Of a stretch of 64,000 nucleotides of DNA, positions 33,466 to 43,332 are shown piece by piece. The DNA lies in assembly GCF_016903815.1 (NCBI RefSeq), contig NZ_CP069973.1, one strand, 5' to 3'. Positions within the stretch are counted from its first letter, which is position 1; the number at the start of each line of letters is the position of its first letter. This DNA comes from Escherichia coli. Its GTDB lineage: Bacteria > Pseudomonadota > Gammaproteobacteria > Enterobacterales > Enterobacteriaceae. The translations under genes and the position numbers were made by a program. A model generated the notes under the pieces. It made no database searches. It saw only the letters and a list, made by a program, of their open reading frames with translations, and was not told the origin of the DNA.

Positions 33466-36400
33466 ATGAGGCACTTTATCTTTCAGGACGAAAAATCACA
33501 TAAATTCTGGGCGGTGGAGCAACAGGGAAACGAGTTGCATATCTGTTGGGGAAAAGTTGGCACCAAAGGGCAAAACCAGGTAAAAAGTTTTGCGGATGCT
33601 GCGGCAGCGGCAAAAGCGGAGCTTAAGCTGATCGCAGAGAAAACGAAAAAAGGCTATGTGGAAAATGCTTTAGCAAACGTGCATATCCCCCCCATCACCA
33701 AAGCCACTCCTGAAGTTGAAACCTCCCCTGAGAGTAAAAACAAACGCCCATGGGTGGCTGATGATGCAGTCATTCCGGTAACTGGCGATATTAATCGATT
33801 TGCTTTTCCTCATCGCTCTCGCCCCAGAGAGATCAATTATCTGTACAAAGATGGCCAAATATGGAAGCGCATCGCGAATAACACCAGGGCATATGACCCC
33901 GACAATAATTACCGCTCTTATCCTGAAAACTGGCAGCTGGCGTTTGCCGAGTTACAAAGGCGAATTCTGAATAATCAACAAACAGGAAGTATACAATCTG
34001 ATGCGGCATTGCTCTGGAATTTATGGAACTCTTACTCTACAGATGAACTGGTCGATGACTTAGTCATTCGCTGTGGTCTGGAAACTACCGTTGAAATCGC
34101 CCTTCTCGCTCTTCAACTCAAATATAAACCAGTAAAAGCCGACGTCACCACCATTATTCCCCCTGATCTCAAAGCAGAATCACTACCGAACTGGCATCAA
34201 CGTCTATGTCATCATCTTTCACTCGCTTCAGAAGATGAGTGGCAACGCTGTGTAGATAAAGTTCTCGCTGCTATTCCCTCGCTATCCCCAGCACGGCAAC
34301 CTTTTGCGGCGTTACTGCTCCCTGAACGCCCGGATATTGCCAATGCTATGGCGCTACGTTATGCAGATCAAAACGTTCCGGCGATGACCTGGTTAAGACT
34401 GGTGGTAACCGATGACGCCGCTCTGACTACAGCAGAAAAATACGACTTCCCACCGTTGTATCATGATTTTCGCGCTTATCTGGCAATGTTGCTGGCAAAT
34501 AATGGGGTGCGCGGTGTAAGCCGGATACTTCTTGAGTTTACGGAAGAGCATTCTGACAATCCCACTTATCTCTTCGAGCGCATCAGCGAGACTGAAGATC
34601 TTGTCAAATGGCTATGGAAAACGAATCACCCGGATGCGATTCAAATTCTGATCCTCGGTGTAATTGGCAAGAAAAAGCACCTGGAATACTTAAGCAAAGC
34701 CTGTCAAAAACATCCCGCTGCGGCTCTTGCCGCTTATGCAACTTTACTGGCAATACATGAAGATGCACAGTGGCGTAAAGCGCTTGTCAAACTGATTACC
34801 GCCACGCCAGATTTAGTCACTGACGTCATTCCCTGGGTTAATGCTAAAGCGGCAGGCATCTTATCTGAATGTCGTACTCAGTTAGTCGCTGAAGAATGTG
34901 AATACGCCACTGCGGATATGTTGCCGGAGCTGTTTGTCGCTCCACCGTGGGTAATAAATAAGAAAACGAATGTAATACCCGTATTTGATTTACCGGTGCT
35001 TCCCATCCCTGCAGTCACTGACATCACGCCAGGAATTACAGAGTTAATCAGTCATACTGACATATCCAGATTCAGTGAAATCGCGCAATATCAGTCATCA
35101 CAGCAAACCTTATTTACCGACCTGCCACTAATTGAAAAAGAAAGCTGGGAGACATCTTTCATTCCTTTTACACCAGAACAACAAATCCTTTGGCAATTAG
35201 GTTTTAATGAATGGCTGCATTGCGAAGATGACTTACATGAAAAAAAATATATACCGCAAAGCGCTGTTGATGCCTTGTTGCGCTTTGATTTTCCAGCACT
35301 AAAAGCTGAGTTTGCGAAATATCACAACAATGCCAACAAAAGCTGGAATCTATCTGCGCTTTGTTACTTACCGGGACAACAGGCGATTTCATTTCTCAAC
35401 CAAATAATCATTGAGGAGCGATATTCAGGTGAGAAAGAGATTCTGGCAGTTTTTGGTAGTACGGCCATTCCTGCGTTTATGACCTGCTTGCAACGAGATC
35501 ATCAACGACTGTGGATATTCACCCTCTTTATTGGGGCCAGTGAACTAGCCTTACCAATGGCGCAGCGGTTACAGAAAAAAATGGCTTACAAGGATGCCAT
35601 TAATTGGCTGGCAAATAACCCGCGCCATGCCGCCGCCGGGCTACTGCCTTTGGCGCTGGGCAAACCGTGCCAAAATCGGGAATATGCCCGCCAGGCATTC
35701 CGCCTGCTAGTGAAATTAAACCAGCGAGAAACGATTGAAGAAATCGGCCGGAGATACAACCAACCTGATGTTTTAGCTGCGCTGGCAACATTGTTCGATA
35801 GCGATCCGCTGGAAGAATATCCCGCTAAAATCGCCCCACTGCCCGGCTTTTATCAGTTCACCTTATGGCGCAGACCACGGCTTAAAAGTAACAACCTGCC
35901 TCTGCCAGATGACGCTATGCGCCACCTGGGCACAATGTTGAGCTTTCCACGCGACATTACCTCCTACGCTGGGCTGGCGACCATCAAAGAGACCTTCACC
36001 CACGAATCACTGGCTGACTTTGGCTGGGATCTCTACACGGCATGGACAGAAGCTGGCGCACCCGCAAAAGAAAACTGGGCATTTACTTCGCTTGGGATTT
36101 TAGGCAATGACGACACCGCACGTAAATTAACCCCGCTTATCCGTGCCTGGCCGGGTGAATCCCAGCATAAACGCGCGGTTTACGGGCTGGATGTATTAGC
36201 TGATATTGGCAGCGATGTTGCGCTAATGCTGCTTAATGGCATCGCGCGAAAAATTAAATTCAAAGCATTACAGGAACATGCCCGCGAGAAAATCAACATA
36301 GTTGCTGAAAACCGTGGGCTGACTATGGCTGAACTGGAAGACCGCCTGGCTCCAGATTTAGGGCTTGATAACAGTGGCTCGCTGATACTGGATTTCGGCC

Positions 36401-37263
36401 CACGTCAATTCACCGTTGGTTTTGACGAAACCTTAAAACCTGTAGTGCACGATGCAAACGGCAAAGTCCTGAAAGATTTACCCAAACCAAATCAGAGCGA
36501 TGATCAAACACTGGCAACTGACTCCGTTAACCTCTTCAAACAATTGAAGAAAGATGTGCACGCCATTGCCAGCCAGCAGATTGATCGTCTGGAGCAGGAT
36601 ATGTGCCAGCGCAGACGCTGGACGGCAGAGCAGTTCCGCCTGTTTCTGGTGGAGCATCCGCTGGTACGTCACTTAACCCGACGGGTGTTATGGGGGGTAT
36701 ATACTGAGGAAAACACGCTGATCGCCTGCTTCCGGGTCGCAGAAGACAGCACTTACAGCGATGCGCAGGATGAGTTATTCACGCTGCCAGCAGGAAACAT
36801 CGGTATACCGCATGTGCTGGAAATATCTCCTGAATCCGCCACTGCATTTGGGCAAATTTATGCTGATTACGAAAAGCTTCCTCCCTTTCGCCAACTCGAT
36901 CGTGGTTATTACCACCTTACTGATAATGAACGTGATACCCATGAATTGATACGCTGGCAAGGACGTCTTTGCCAGGCCGGGCGCATTGTCGGGCTGGAAC
37001 GTCGAGGCTGGCAACGTCTGGAAGAAAGCGGCAGCGTCTATGCGATGCGCAAATCTACCCCTTATGGCGCTCTCGAACTTGAAACAGAACATTTTTCATT
37101 AATTTATGGCGAAACGGGGTATAGCGACCTGCTACCTGTTGAAAGCGTAAAAATCACTTCACCAGGGGAACGCTACAGTACACAGCCCTCGCTCACGTTC
37201 TCCGCGCTTGATGCCATCACCGCCAGCGAACTCATTAACGACATCGAATCACTTTTTGATTAA
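33466..37263 (+). CDS. molR: MolR-family giant protein, intact (1265 aa), N-terminal WGR-like module
   Basis: N-terminus HKFWAVEQQGNELHICWGKVGTKGQ resembles the WGR fold; long helical body; first gene after the metG terminator. Confidence 0.8.
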   Translation: MRHFIFQDEKSHKFWAVEQQGNELHICWGKVGTKGQNQVKSFADAAAAAKAELKLIAEKTKKGYVENALANVHIPPITKATPEVETSPESKNKRPWVADDAVIPVTGDINRFAFPHRSRPREINYLYKDGQIWKRIANNTRAYDPDNNYRSYPENWQLAFAELQRRILNNQQTGSIQSDAALLWNLWNSYSTDELVDDLVIRCGLETTVEIALLALQLKYKPVKADVTTIIPPDLKAESLPNWHQRLCHHLSLASEDEWQRCVDKVLAAIPSLSPARQPFAALLLPERPDIANAMALRYADQNVPAMTWLRLVVTDDAALTTAEKYDFPPLYHDFRAYLAMLLANNGVRGVSRILLEFTEEHSDNPTYLFERISETEDLVKWLWKTNHPDAIQILILGVIGKKKHLEYLSKACQKHPAAALAAYATLLAIHEDAQWRKALVKLITATPDLVTDVIPWVNAKAAGILSECRTQLVAEECEYATADMLPELFVAPPWVINKKTNVIPVFDLPVLPIPAVTDITPGITELISHTDISRFSEIAQYQSSQQTLFTDLPLIEKESWETSFIPFTPEQQILWQLGFNEWLHCEDDLHEKKYIPQSAVDALLRFDFPALKAEFAKYHNNANKSWNLSALCYLPGQQAISFLNQIIIEERYSGEKEILAVFGSTAIPAFMTCLQRDHQRLWIFTLFIGASELALPMAQRLQKKMAYKDAINWLANNPRHAAAGLLPLALGKPCQNREYARQAFRLLVKLNQRETIEEIGRRYNQPDVLAALATLFDSDPLEEYPAKIAPLPGFYQFTLWRRPRLKSNNLPLPDDAMRHLGTMLSFPRDITSYAGLATIKETFTHESLADFGWDLYTAWTEAGAPAKENWAFTSLGILGNDDTARKLTPLIRAWPGESQHKRAVYGLDVLADIGSDVALMLLNGIARKIKFKALQEHAREKINIVAENRGLTMAELEDRLAPDLGLDNSGSLILDFGPRQFTVGFDETLKPVVHDANGKVLKDLPKPNQSDDQTLATDSVNLFKQLKKDVHAIASQQIDRLEQDMCQRRRWTAEQFRLFLVEHPLVRHLTRRVLWGVYTEENTLIACFRVAEDSTYSDAQDELFTLPAGNIGIPHVLEISPESATAFGQIYADYEKLPPFRQLDRGYYHLTDNERDTHELIRWQGRLCQAGRIVGLERRGWQRLEESGSVYAMRKSTPYGALELETEHFSLIYGETGYSDLLPVESVKITSPGERYSTQPSLTFSALDAITASELINDIESLFD

Positions 37264-37275
37264 AAGGACTTTGCA

Positions 37276-40200
37276 ATGAAAACCTATATTTATCAGGACG
37301 AAAAATCACATAAATTCTGGGCGGTGGAGCAGCAGGGAAACGAACTGAATATCAGTTGGGGCAAAGTCGGCACCAACGGGCAAAGTCAGGTAAAAAGCTT
37401 TGCAGATGCTGCGGCGGCGGAAAAAGCGGAACTCAAGCTGATTGCGGAGAAAACGAAAAAGGGGTATGTGGAACATGCGGAGAATGCTACATCGAAACAT
37501 ACTCGAACGGTAACGAAATCTCTCGAATTATCTGACTTTTCTACCATCATTCAGGAACAGCCCTCAGTTACACCAGAATTCTACGTGGCTGACAAAAATA
37601 CAGACGTTATTTTACCGTGGCTGGCAAAAGATATTGCTGTCGTTTTTCCGCTTGAAGTCGTACCCACCACCTTAAGCCATCGCCGCTTTCCCGGAGATCC
37701 TGTTACACCTGTAGATAAATTAACCCAGTTACGTCGCTTAGCCTGTGGCGTGTCGCAACGGGATAACAAAACAGCTACATTTGACTTCAGCGCCTGTACT
37801 TTAGAGTGGCAAAACTTCATCGCTCAGGCGATCGATCTGATTAACAGCCCGAAAACGACAAAATTACCATCACCGGTAATGGCTGTACTCGCGGCACTTG
37901 AACTGCACTGCACGAGATATAAAGAGCGTGCGGATGTTATGGATCAGATTATTCAGGAAGGCGGTCTGGAATATGCTACTGATGTAATAATACATCTTCA
38001 ACAAATATCTATTGAATGGGATTATGTCAACAATAATATTGTTTTCCTGTCGTCTGGCATTTCACCTGATTATTTGCAGCAATATTCCAGCTTTGAATTA
38101 CGCCTACGTAAACATTTATCACTGGCGGAAGAGTCTCTCTGGCAAAAATGTGCACAAAAACTTATTGCCGCAGTTCCACATATTCCAGAATGGCGGCAAC
38201 CATTAATTGCTTTGTTATTGCCCGAAAAACCAGAAATTGCACATGAAATTGCCCAGCGTCTACTGGGGCAAAAGAAATTACCCTCGCTGGAGTGGCTAAA
38301 AATAGTGGCGACTGATGAGCACATTCTTGCCTCATTAGAAAAATATCACGAGCCATATGCCATTTTTGATGATTACTATTGTGGTGCGATATGGTCAGCC
38401 ACCGTATTACAGGAGCAAGGTGTTGCGGCCCTGCCCCGATTTGCTCCCTATGTCGCAAGTGACTACTGCGCCGATGTGTTGCGTCATATCAATCATCCGT
38501 TCGCATTAACACTGCTTATACGTGTAGCAGGGCATACTAAACGCTGTCACGATCGAATGACGAAAGCCTGCGCTGCGTTCCCACACGCAGCACTGGCAGC
38601 ACTGGCGGAACTTCTAGTGCAAAAAGAAGAGAATAGTTGGCGCATTATGCTAATGACGATGCTTATCTCGCAACCGACACTAGCAGAACAGGTCATTCCC
38701 TGGCTTTCGACACCCGCAGTTGCAGTGCTGAAATCATGCCAGCAACAACTGACACAGCCCTCAAACCATGCCAGCGCCGATCTACTGCCGGCCATAGTAG
38801 TCTCCCCACCATGGCTTTCGAAAAAGAAAAAATCGCCGATTCCAGTGCTTGATTTAGCACCATTAGGTATTGAGCCAATCAGTTATCTGACAGAAGAAAT
38901 CAGTAATCAACTTTTGGCGAAATATATCTGGTATTCAAAACACATCACGGTTAGTCATGAAGAAAGTACTGCCAATCTGTTGGCAAGGATGGGTTTTCAA
39001 CGACGGATCGCTGGTACATATATTAAAGCTCCCGAAGCGGTAGTTGAGGCATGGCTAAATGAAGATTATTCAACTTTAATAAGTGAATTTAAGGTGTTTC
39101 ATTCACCTACCGGGCATTATTGGCATTTGGGGATTTTGACAACATTGCCGCTGGAGAAAGCAGTAAGAGCATGGAATGCCCTTACTCTATCTCCGCATAC
39201 CGATACCGAATACGCCATGTTACATTTTGGACTCAAAGGATTACCTGGGTTAGTAAACTCACTTGCACGCTATCCACAGGAAGCCTTGCCCATAACGAAT
39301 TACTTCGCAGCGAGTGAGCTGGCACCTGCCGTCGCCCGCGCCTTCAACAAACTCAAAACCCTACGACAAGACGCCCGCACCTGGCTGCTGAAATACCCGG
39401 AACACGCCATTACCGGCCTGCTGTCTGCGGCGCTCGGCAAAGCCGGTGAAGCACAGGATAACGCCCGCGCTGCATTGCGTATGCTTACCGAAAACGGTCA
39501 TCAACCATTACTGCAAGAAATCGCCCGGCGTTATAACCAGCCGGAAGTAACAGATGCGGTGAACGCTATGCTTGCGCTCGATCCCTTAGATAATCACCCG
39601 ACAAAAATCCCCACTCTTCCGGCCTTTTATCAGCCATCGATCTGGACCCGCCCGGTATTAAAAGCAAATGCCCAATCACTGCCCGATAGCGCACTCCAGC
39701 ACCTCGGTGAAATGCTCCGCTTCCATCAGGAGGAGGCGCTGTATCCGGGATTATTGCAGGTGAAAGATGCCTGTACCGCCGACTCACTGGCTGAATTTGC
39801 CTGGGATCTGTTTACCGCCTGGCAGACCGCTGGCGCGCCGTCGAAAGAGAGTTGGGCGTTCACTGCGTTAGGCGTTCTCGGTAACGATGACACCGCCCGC
39901 AAACTGACGCCATTAATACGCGCCTGGCCTGGTGAATCCCAGCATAAACGCGCCACCGTCGGGCTGGATATCCTCGCCGCTATCAGTAGTGATATCGCCC
40001 TGATGCAGCTTAACGGCATTGCCCAGAAACTGAAATTCAAAGCATTACAGGAGCGGGCGAAAGAGAAAATTGCCGACATTGCCGAAAGTCGCGAACTGAC
40101 GGTAGCGGAGCTTGAAGATCGGTTAGCACCGGCTCTCGGTCTGGATGATAACGGTTCGCTGCTGCTGGATTTTGGCCCACGGCAGTTCACCGTCAGCTTT

Positions 40201-41070
40201 GATGAAACCTTAAAACCGTTTGTGCGCGATGTTTCCGGCAGCCGCCTGAAAGACTTACCTAAACCCAATAAAAGCGATGATGAATCACAGGCAAACGATG
40301 CTGTTAACCGCTACAAATTGCTGAAAAAAGATGCGCGTACCGTCGCCGCCCAGCAGGTAGCAAGGCTGGAATCCGCCATGTGCCTGCGCCGCCGCTGGTC
40401 GCCGGAAAACTTTCAGCTCTTCCTGGTTGAGCATCCGCTGGTTCGTCACTTAACCCGCCGTCTGATTTGGGGCGTTTATAGCGCCGAAAACCAGCTACAG
40501 GCGTGCTTTAGGGTGGCGGAAGATAACAGCTACAGCACCGCTGACGATGATCTTTTCACCTTGCAGGAAGGCGATATCTCTGTTGGCATTCCTCACGTTC
40601 TGGAAATATCACCGACGGATGCTGTCGCCTTTGGTCAGCTTTTTGCCGACTACGAACTGCTACCACCGTTCCGTCAGCTTGAACGTAACAGTTACGCCCT
40701 GACAGAAGCCGAGCGCAACGCCAGCGAACTGACCCGCTGGGCAGGCAGAAAATGCCCGAGCGGCCGGGTCATGGGGCTGGCAAATAAAGGCTGGATAAAG
40801 GGCGAACCACAGGATGGAGGCTGGATCGGATGGATGATCAAACCTCTCGGTCGCTGGTCGTTAATCATGGAAATCGACGAAGGTTTTGCGGTGGGTATGT
40901 CACCAGCCGATCTTAGCGCTGAGCAGGTCTTAAGCAAGCTGTGGCTATGGGAAGGCAAAGCGGAAAGCTATGGCTGGGGGAGTAATTCAACTCAGGAAGC
41001 GCAGTTCTCCGTGCTCGACGACATCACCGCCAGCGAACTCATTAACGATATTGAAGCCCTGTTTGAATAA
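37276..41070 (+). CDS. yehI: MolR paralog (1264 aa), N-terminal WGR-like module
   Basis: Collinear homology to molR along its length; near-identical N- and C-terminal ends; 12-nt gap after molR stop with AAGGA RBS. Confidence 0.8.
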   Translation: MKTYIYQDEKSHKFWAVEQQGNELNISWGKVGTNGQSQVKSFADAAAAEKAELKLIAEKTKKGYVEHAENATSKHTRTVTKSLELSDFSTIIQEQPSVTPEFYVADKNTDVILPWLAKDIAVVFPLEVVPTTLSHRRFPGDPVTPVDKLTQLRRLACGVSQRDNKTATFDFSACTLEWQNFIAQAIDLINSPKTTKLPSPVMAVLAALELHCTRYKERADVMDQIIQEGGLEYATDVIIHLQQISIEWDYVNNNIVFLSSGISPDYLQQYSSFELRLRKHLSLAEESLWQKCAQKLIAAVPHIPEWRQPLIALLLPEKPEIAHEIAQRLLGQKKLPSLEWLKIVATDEHILASLEKYHEPYAIFDDYYCGAIWSATVLQEQGVAALPRFAPYVASDYCADVLRHINHPFALTLLIRVAGHTKRCHDRMTKACAAFPHAALAALAELLVQKEENSWRIMLMTMLISQPTLAEQVIPWLSTPAVAVLKSCQQQLTQPSNHASADLLPAIVVSPPWLSKKKKSPIPVLDLAPLGIEPISYLTEEISNQLLAKYIWYSKHITVSHEESTANLLARMGFQRRIAGTYIKAPEAVVEAWLNEDYSTLISEFKVFHSPTGHYWHLGILTTLPLEKAVRAWNALTLSPHTDTEYAMLHFGLKGLPGLVNSLARYPQEALPITNYFAASELAPAVARAFNKLKTLRQDARTWLLKYPEHAITGLLSAALGKAGEAQDNARAALRMLTENGHQPLLQEIARRYNQPEVTDAVNAMLALDPLDNHPTKIPTLPAFYQPSIWTRPVLKANAQSLPDSALQHLGEMLRFHQEEALYPGLLQVKDACTADSLAEFAWDLFTAWQTAGAPSKESWAFTALGVLGNDDTARKLTPLIRAWPGESQHKRATVGLDILAAISSDIALMQLNGIAQKLKFKALQERAKEKIADIAESRELTVAELEDRLAPALGLDDNGSLLLDFGPRQFTVSFDETLKPFVRDVSGSRLKDLPKPNKSDDESQANDAVNRYKLLKKDARTVAAQQVARLESAMCLRRRWSPENFQLFLVEHPLVRHLTRRLIWGVYSAENQLQACFRVAEDNSYSTADDDLFTLQEGDISVGIPHVLEISPTDAVAFGQLFADYELLPPFRQLERNSYALTEAERNASELTRWAGRKCPSGRVMGLANKGWIKGEPQDGGWIGWMIKPLGRWSLIMEIDEGFAVGMSPADLSAEQVLSKLWLWEGKAESYGWGSNSTQEAQFSVLDDITASELINDIEALFE

Positions 41071-41079
41071 GGAAAGAGC

Positions 41080-43278
41080 ATGGACAAGGAATTACCGTGG
41101 CTGGCGGATAACGCCCAAGTGGAACTGAAATATAAAAAAGGCAAAACGCCGCTCAGCCATCGCAGTTGGCCGGGCGAACCGGTGCCTGTTATCACTGAAA
41201 GCCTCATCCAGACACTGGGTGATGAATTGCTACAAAAAGCTGAGAAGAAAAAAAACATTGTCTGGCGTTATGAAAATTTTTCACTGGAGTGGCAGTCGGC
41301 CATTACGCAGGCCATCAACTTGATTGGCGAACACAAACCCTCAGTTCCGGCCCGGACAATGGCGGCGCTAGCCTGTATCGCGCAAAATGATAGCCAACAG
41401 TTGCTCGACGAAATCGTCCAACAAGAGGGACTGGAATATGCGACTGAGGTGGTGATTGCACGCCAGTTTATTACACGATGTTATGAAAGTGATCCTCTGC
41501 TAGTGACATTGCAGTATCAGAACGAGGATTATGGCTATGGTTATCGATCAGAAACCTATAACGAATTCGATCTCCGACTGCGTAAGCATCTCTCTCTGGC
41601 AGAGGAAAGCAGCTGGCAGCGTTGCGCCGACAAACTCATTGCCGCACTGCCAGGAATAACCAAAGTTCGCCGCCCTTTTATTGCTCTGATCCTCCCGGAA
41701 AAACCAGAAATCGCCAATGAGTTGGTAAGCCTTGAATGCCCGTGGACTCATTTTCATTCTAAGGAGTGGTTAAAAGTTGTTGCTATTGACCCCAGAGCGG
41801 TGAGAAAACTCGAACGCTACTGGAGCCAGGATATATTTAGCGATCGGGAAGCCAGCTACATGTCGCATGAAAACCACTTCGGCTACGCGGCCTGCGCTGC
41901 CCTTTTGCGCGAACAAGGACTGGCAGCCGTTCCACGCCTGGCAATGTATGCCCATAAAGAAGATTGCGGCAGTCTGCTGGTACAAATTAACCATCCGCAG
42001 GTCATCCGCACCCTGCTGTTAGTTGCTGATAAAAACAAACCCAGCCTGCAACGTGTAGCTAAATACAGTAAAAATTTCCCCCATGCGACGCTTGCCGCAC
42101 TGGCAGAACTGCTGGCGCTAAAAGAACCACCTACGCGCCCTGGTTATCCAATCATCGAAGACAAAAAGCTGCCTGCACAGCAAAAAGCACGTGATGAATA
42201 CTGGCGTACGCTGTTACAAACGCTGATGGCATCGCAGCCACAACTGGCAGAAGAGGTGATGCCGTGGTTAAGTACTCAAGCCCGGTCAGTGCTGAATAGT
42301 TATTTATCGGCACCGCCTAAAACGGTTATTGATAGCACCGATAACAGCCAAATGCCTGAAATCCTCGTTTCACCACCGTGGCGTAGTAAGAAAAAAATGA
42401 CAGTTCCACGTCTTGATTTGGCACCGTTCGAATTAACGCCGCAAGTTTACTGGCAACCAGGCGAACGAGAGAGGCTTGCCGCCACTGAGTCTGCCCGTTA
42501 TTTCAGCACGGAATCTCTTGCGGAACGCATGGAACATAAAAGTGGACGAGTTGTACTACAGGAGCTGGGTTTTGGAGATGATGTATGGCTGTTTCTGAAT
42601 TATATACTCCCCGGAAAACTGGATGCTGCACGCAATTCACTCATTGTTCAGTGGCATTACTACCAGGGGCGGGTTGAAGAGATCCTGAATGGCTGGAACT
42701 CCCCGGAAGCACAATTAGCAGAACAGGCGCTTCGCAGCGGTCACGTAGAAGTGTTAATTAACATATGGGAAAATGACAGCTACTCACGCTATCGTCGGGA
42801 AAAGAGTATCTGGAACCTGTATTTATTGGCACAGTTGCCGCGTGAGATGGCTTTGACTTTCTGGCTACGTATCAATGAGAAAAAGCATCTGTTCGCGGGT
42901 GAGGACTATTTTCTCAGTATCTTCGGATTGGATGCTCTACCAGGTCTGCTGTTGGCTTTTTCACATCGTCCAAAAGAAACATTTCCGTTAATTTTAAATT
43001 TTGGCGCAACAGAACTGGCCCTGCCCGTTGCCCGCGTCTGGCGACGTTTCGCGGCGCAGCGTGATCTGGCTCGCCAGTGGATTTTACAATGGCCGGAACA
43101 TACGGCTACTGCACTTATCCCTCTTGTCTTCACCAAATCCAGCGATAATAGCGAAGCTGCATTACTTGCCCTACGTTTACTTTACGAACAGGGACATGGT
43201 GAATTGCTGCAAACCGCGGCAAACCGCTGGCAGCGTACAGATGTATGGCCTGCCCCGGTCTGGCAAAACTGGTGCTGA
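41080..43278 (+). CDS. Third MolR/YehI-family paralog (732 aa), no WGR module, ends at TGA
   Basis: Aligns to YehI residues ~100-800 (LPWLA, LRLRKHLSLAEES, PEKPEIA, VSPPW.SKKK blocks); starts 10 nt after yehI stop with AAGGAAAGA RBS; no P-loop. Confidence 0.6.
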   Translation: MDKELPWLADNAQVELKYKKGKTPLSHRSWPGEPVPVITESLIQTLGDELLQKAEKKKNIVWRYENFSLEWQSAITQAINLIGEHKPSVPARTMAALACIAQNDSQQLLDEIVQQEGLEYATEVVIARQFITRCYESDPLLVTLQYQNEDYGYGYRSETYNEFDLRLRKHLSLAEESSWQRCADKLIAALPGITKVRRPFIALILPEKPEIANELVSLECPWTHFHSKEWLKVVAIDPRAVRKLERYWSQDIFSDREASYMSHENHFGYAACAALLREQGLAAVPRLAMYAHKEDCGSLLVQINHPQVIRTLLLVADKNKPSLQRVAKYSKNFPHATLAALAELLALKEPPTRPGYPIIEDKKLPAQQKARDEYWRTLLQTLMASQPQLAEEVMPWLSTQARSVLNSYLSAPPKTVIDSTDNSQMPEILVSPPWRSKKKMTVPRLDLAPFELTPQVYWQPGERERLAATESARYFSTESLAERMEHKSGRVVLQELGFGDDVWLFLNYILPGKLDAARNSLIVQWHYYQGRVEEILNGWNSPEAQLAEQALRSGHVEVLINIWENDSYSRYRREKSIWNLYLLAQLPREMALTFWLRINEKKHLFAGEDYFLSIFGLDALPGLLLAFSHRPKETFPLILNFGATELALPVARVWRRFAAQRDLARQWILQWPEHTATALIPLVFTKSSDNSEAALLALRLLYEQGHGELLQTAANRWQRTDVWPAPVWQNWC

Positions 43279-43332
43279 CAGTGGGGCTTACAGCAGGCGG
43301 GAGAACAACTGCTAAAAACGGTTCTCACCCGT

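Noticed and set aside
39726-40268. 180-aa Ser/Ala-rich ORF antisense within yehI
   Set aside because: Low-complexity translation inside a well-supported sense-strand gene; no RBS or start context.
41137-41148. KGKT string in the third paralog as a Walker A P-loop
   Set aside because: Lacks the conserved glycine five residues upstream and the hydrophobic beta-strand context.
43276-43278. In-frame TGA as selenocysteine or programmed read-through site
   Set aside because: No SECIS-like stem-loop immediately downstream and no selenoprotein context; a nonsense polymorphism or a real gene boundary is more parsimonious.
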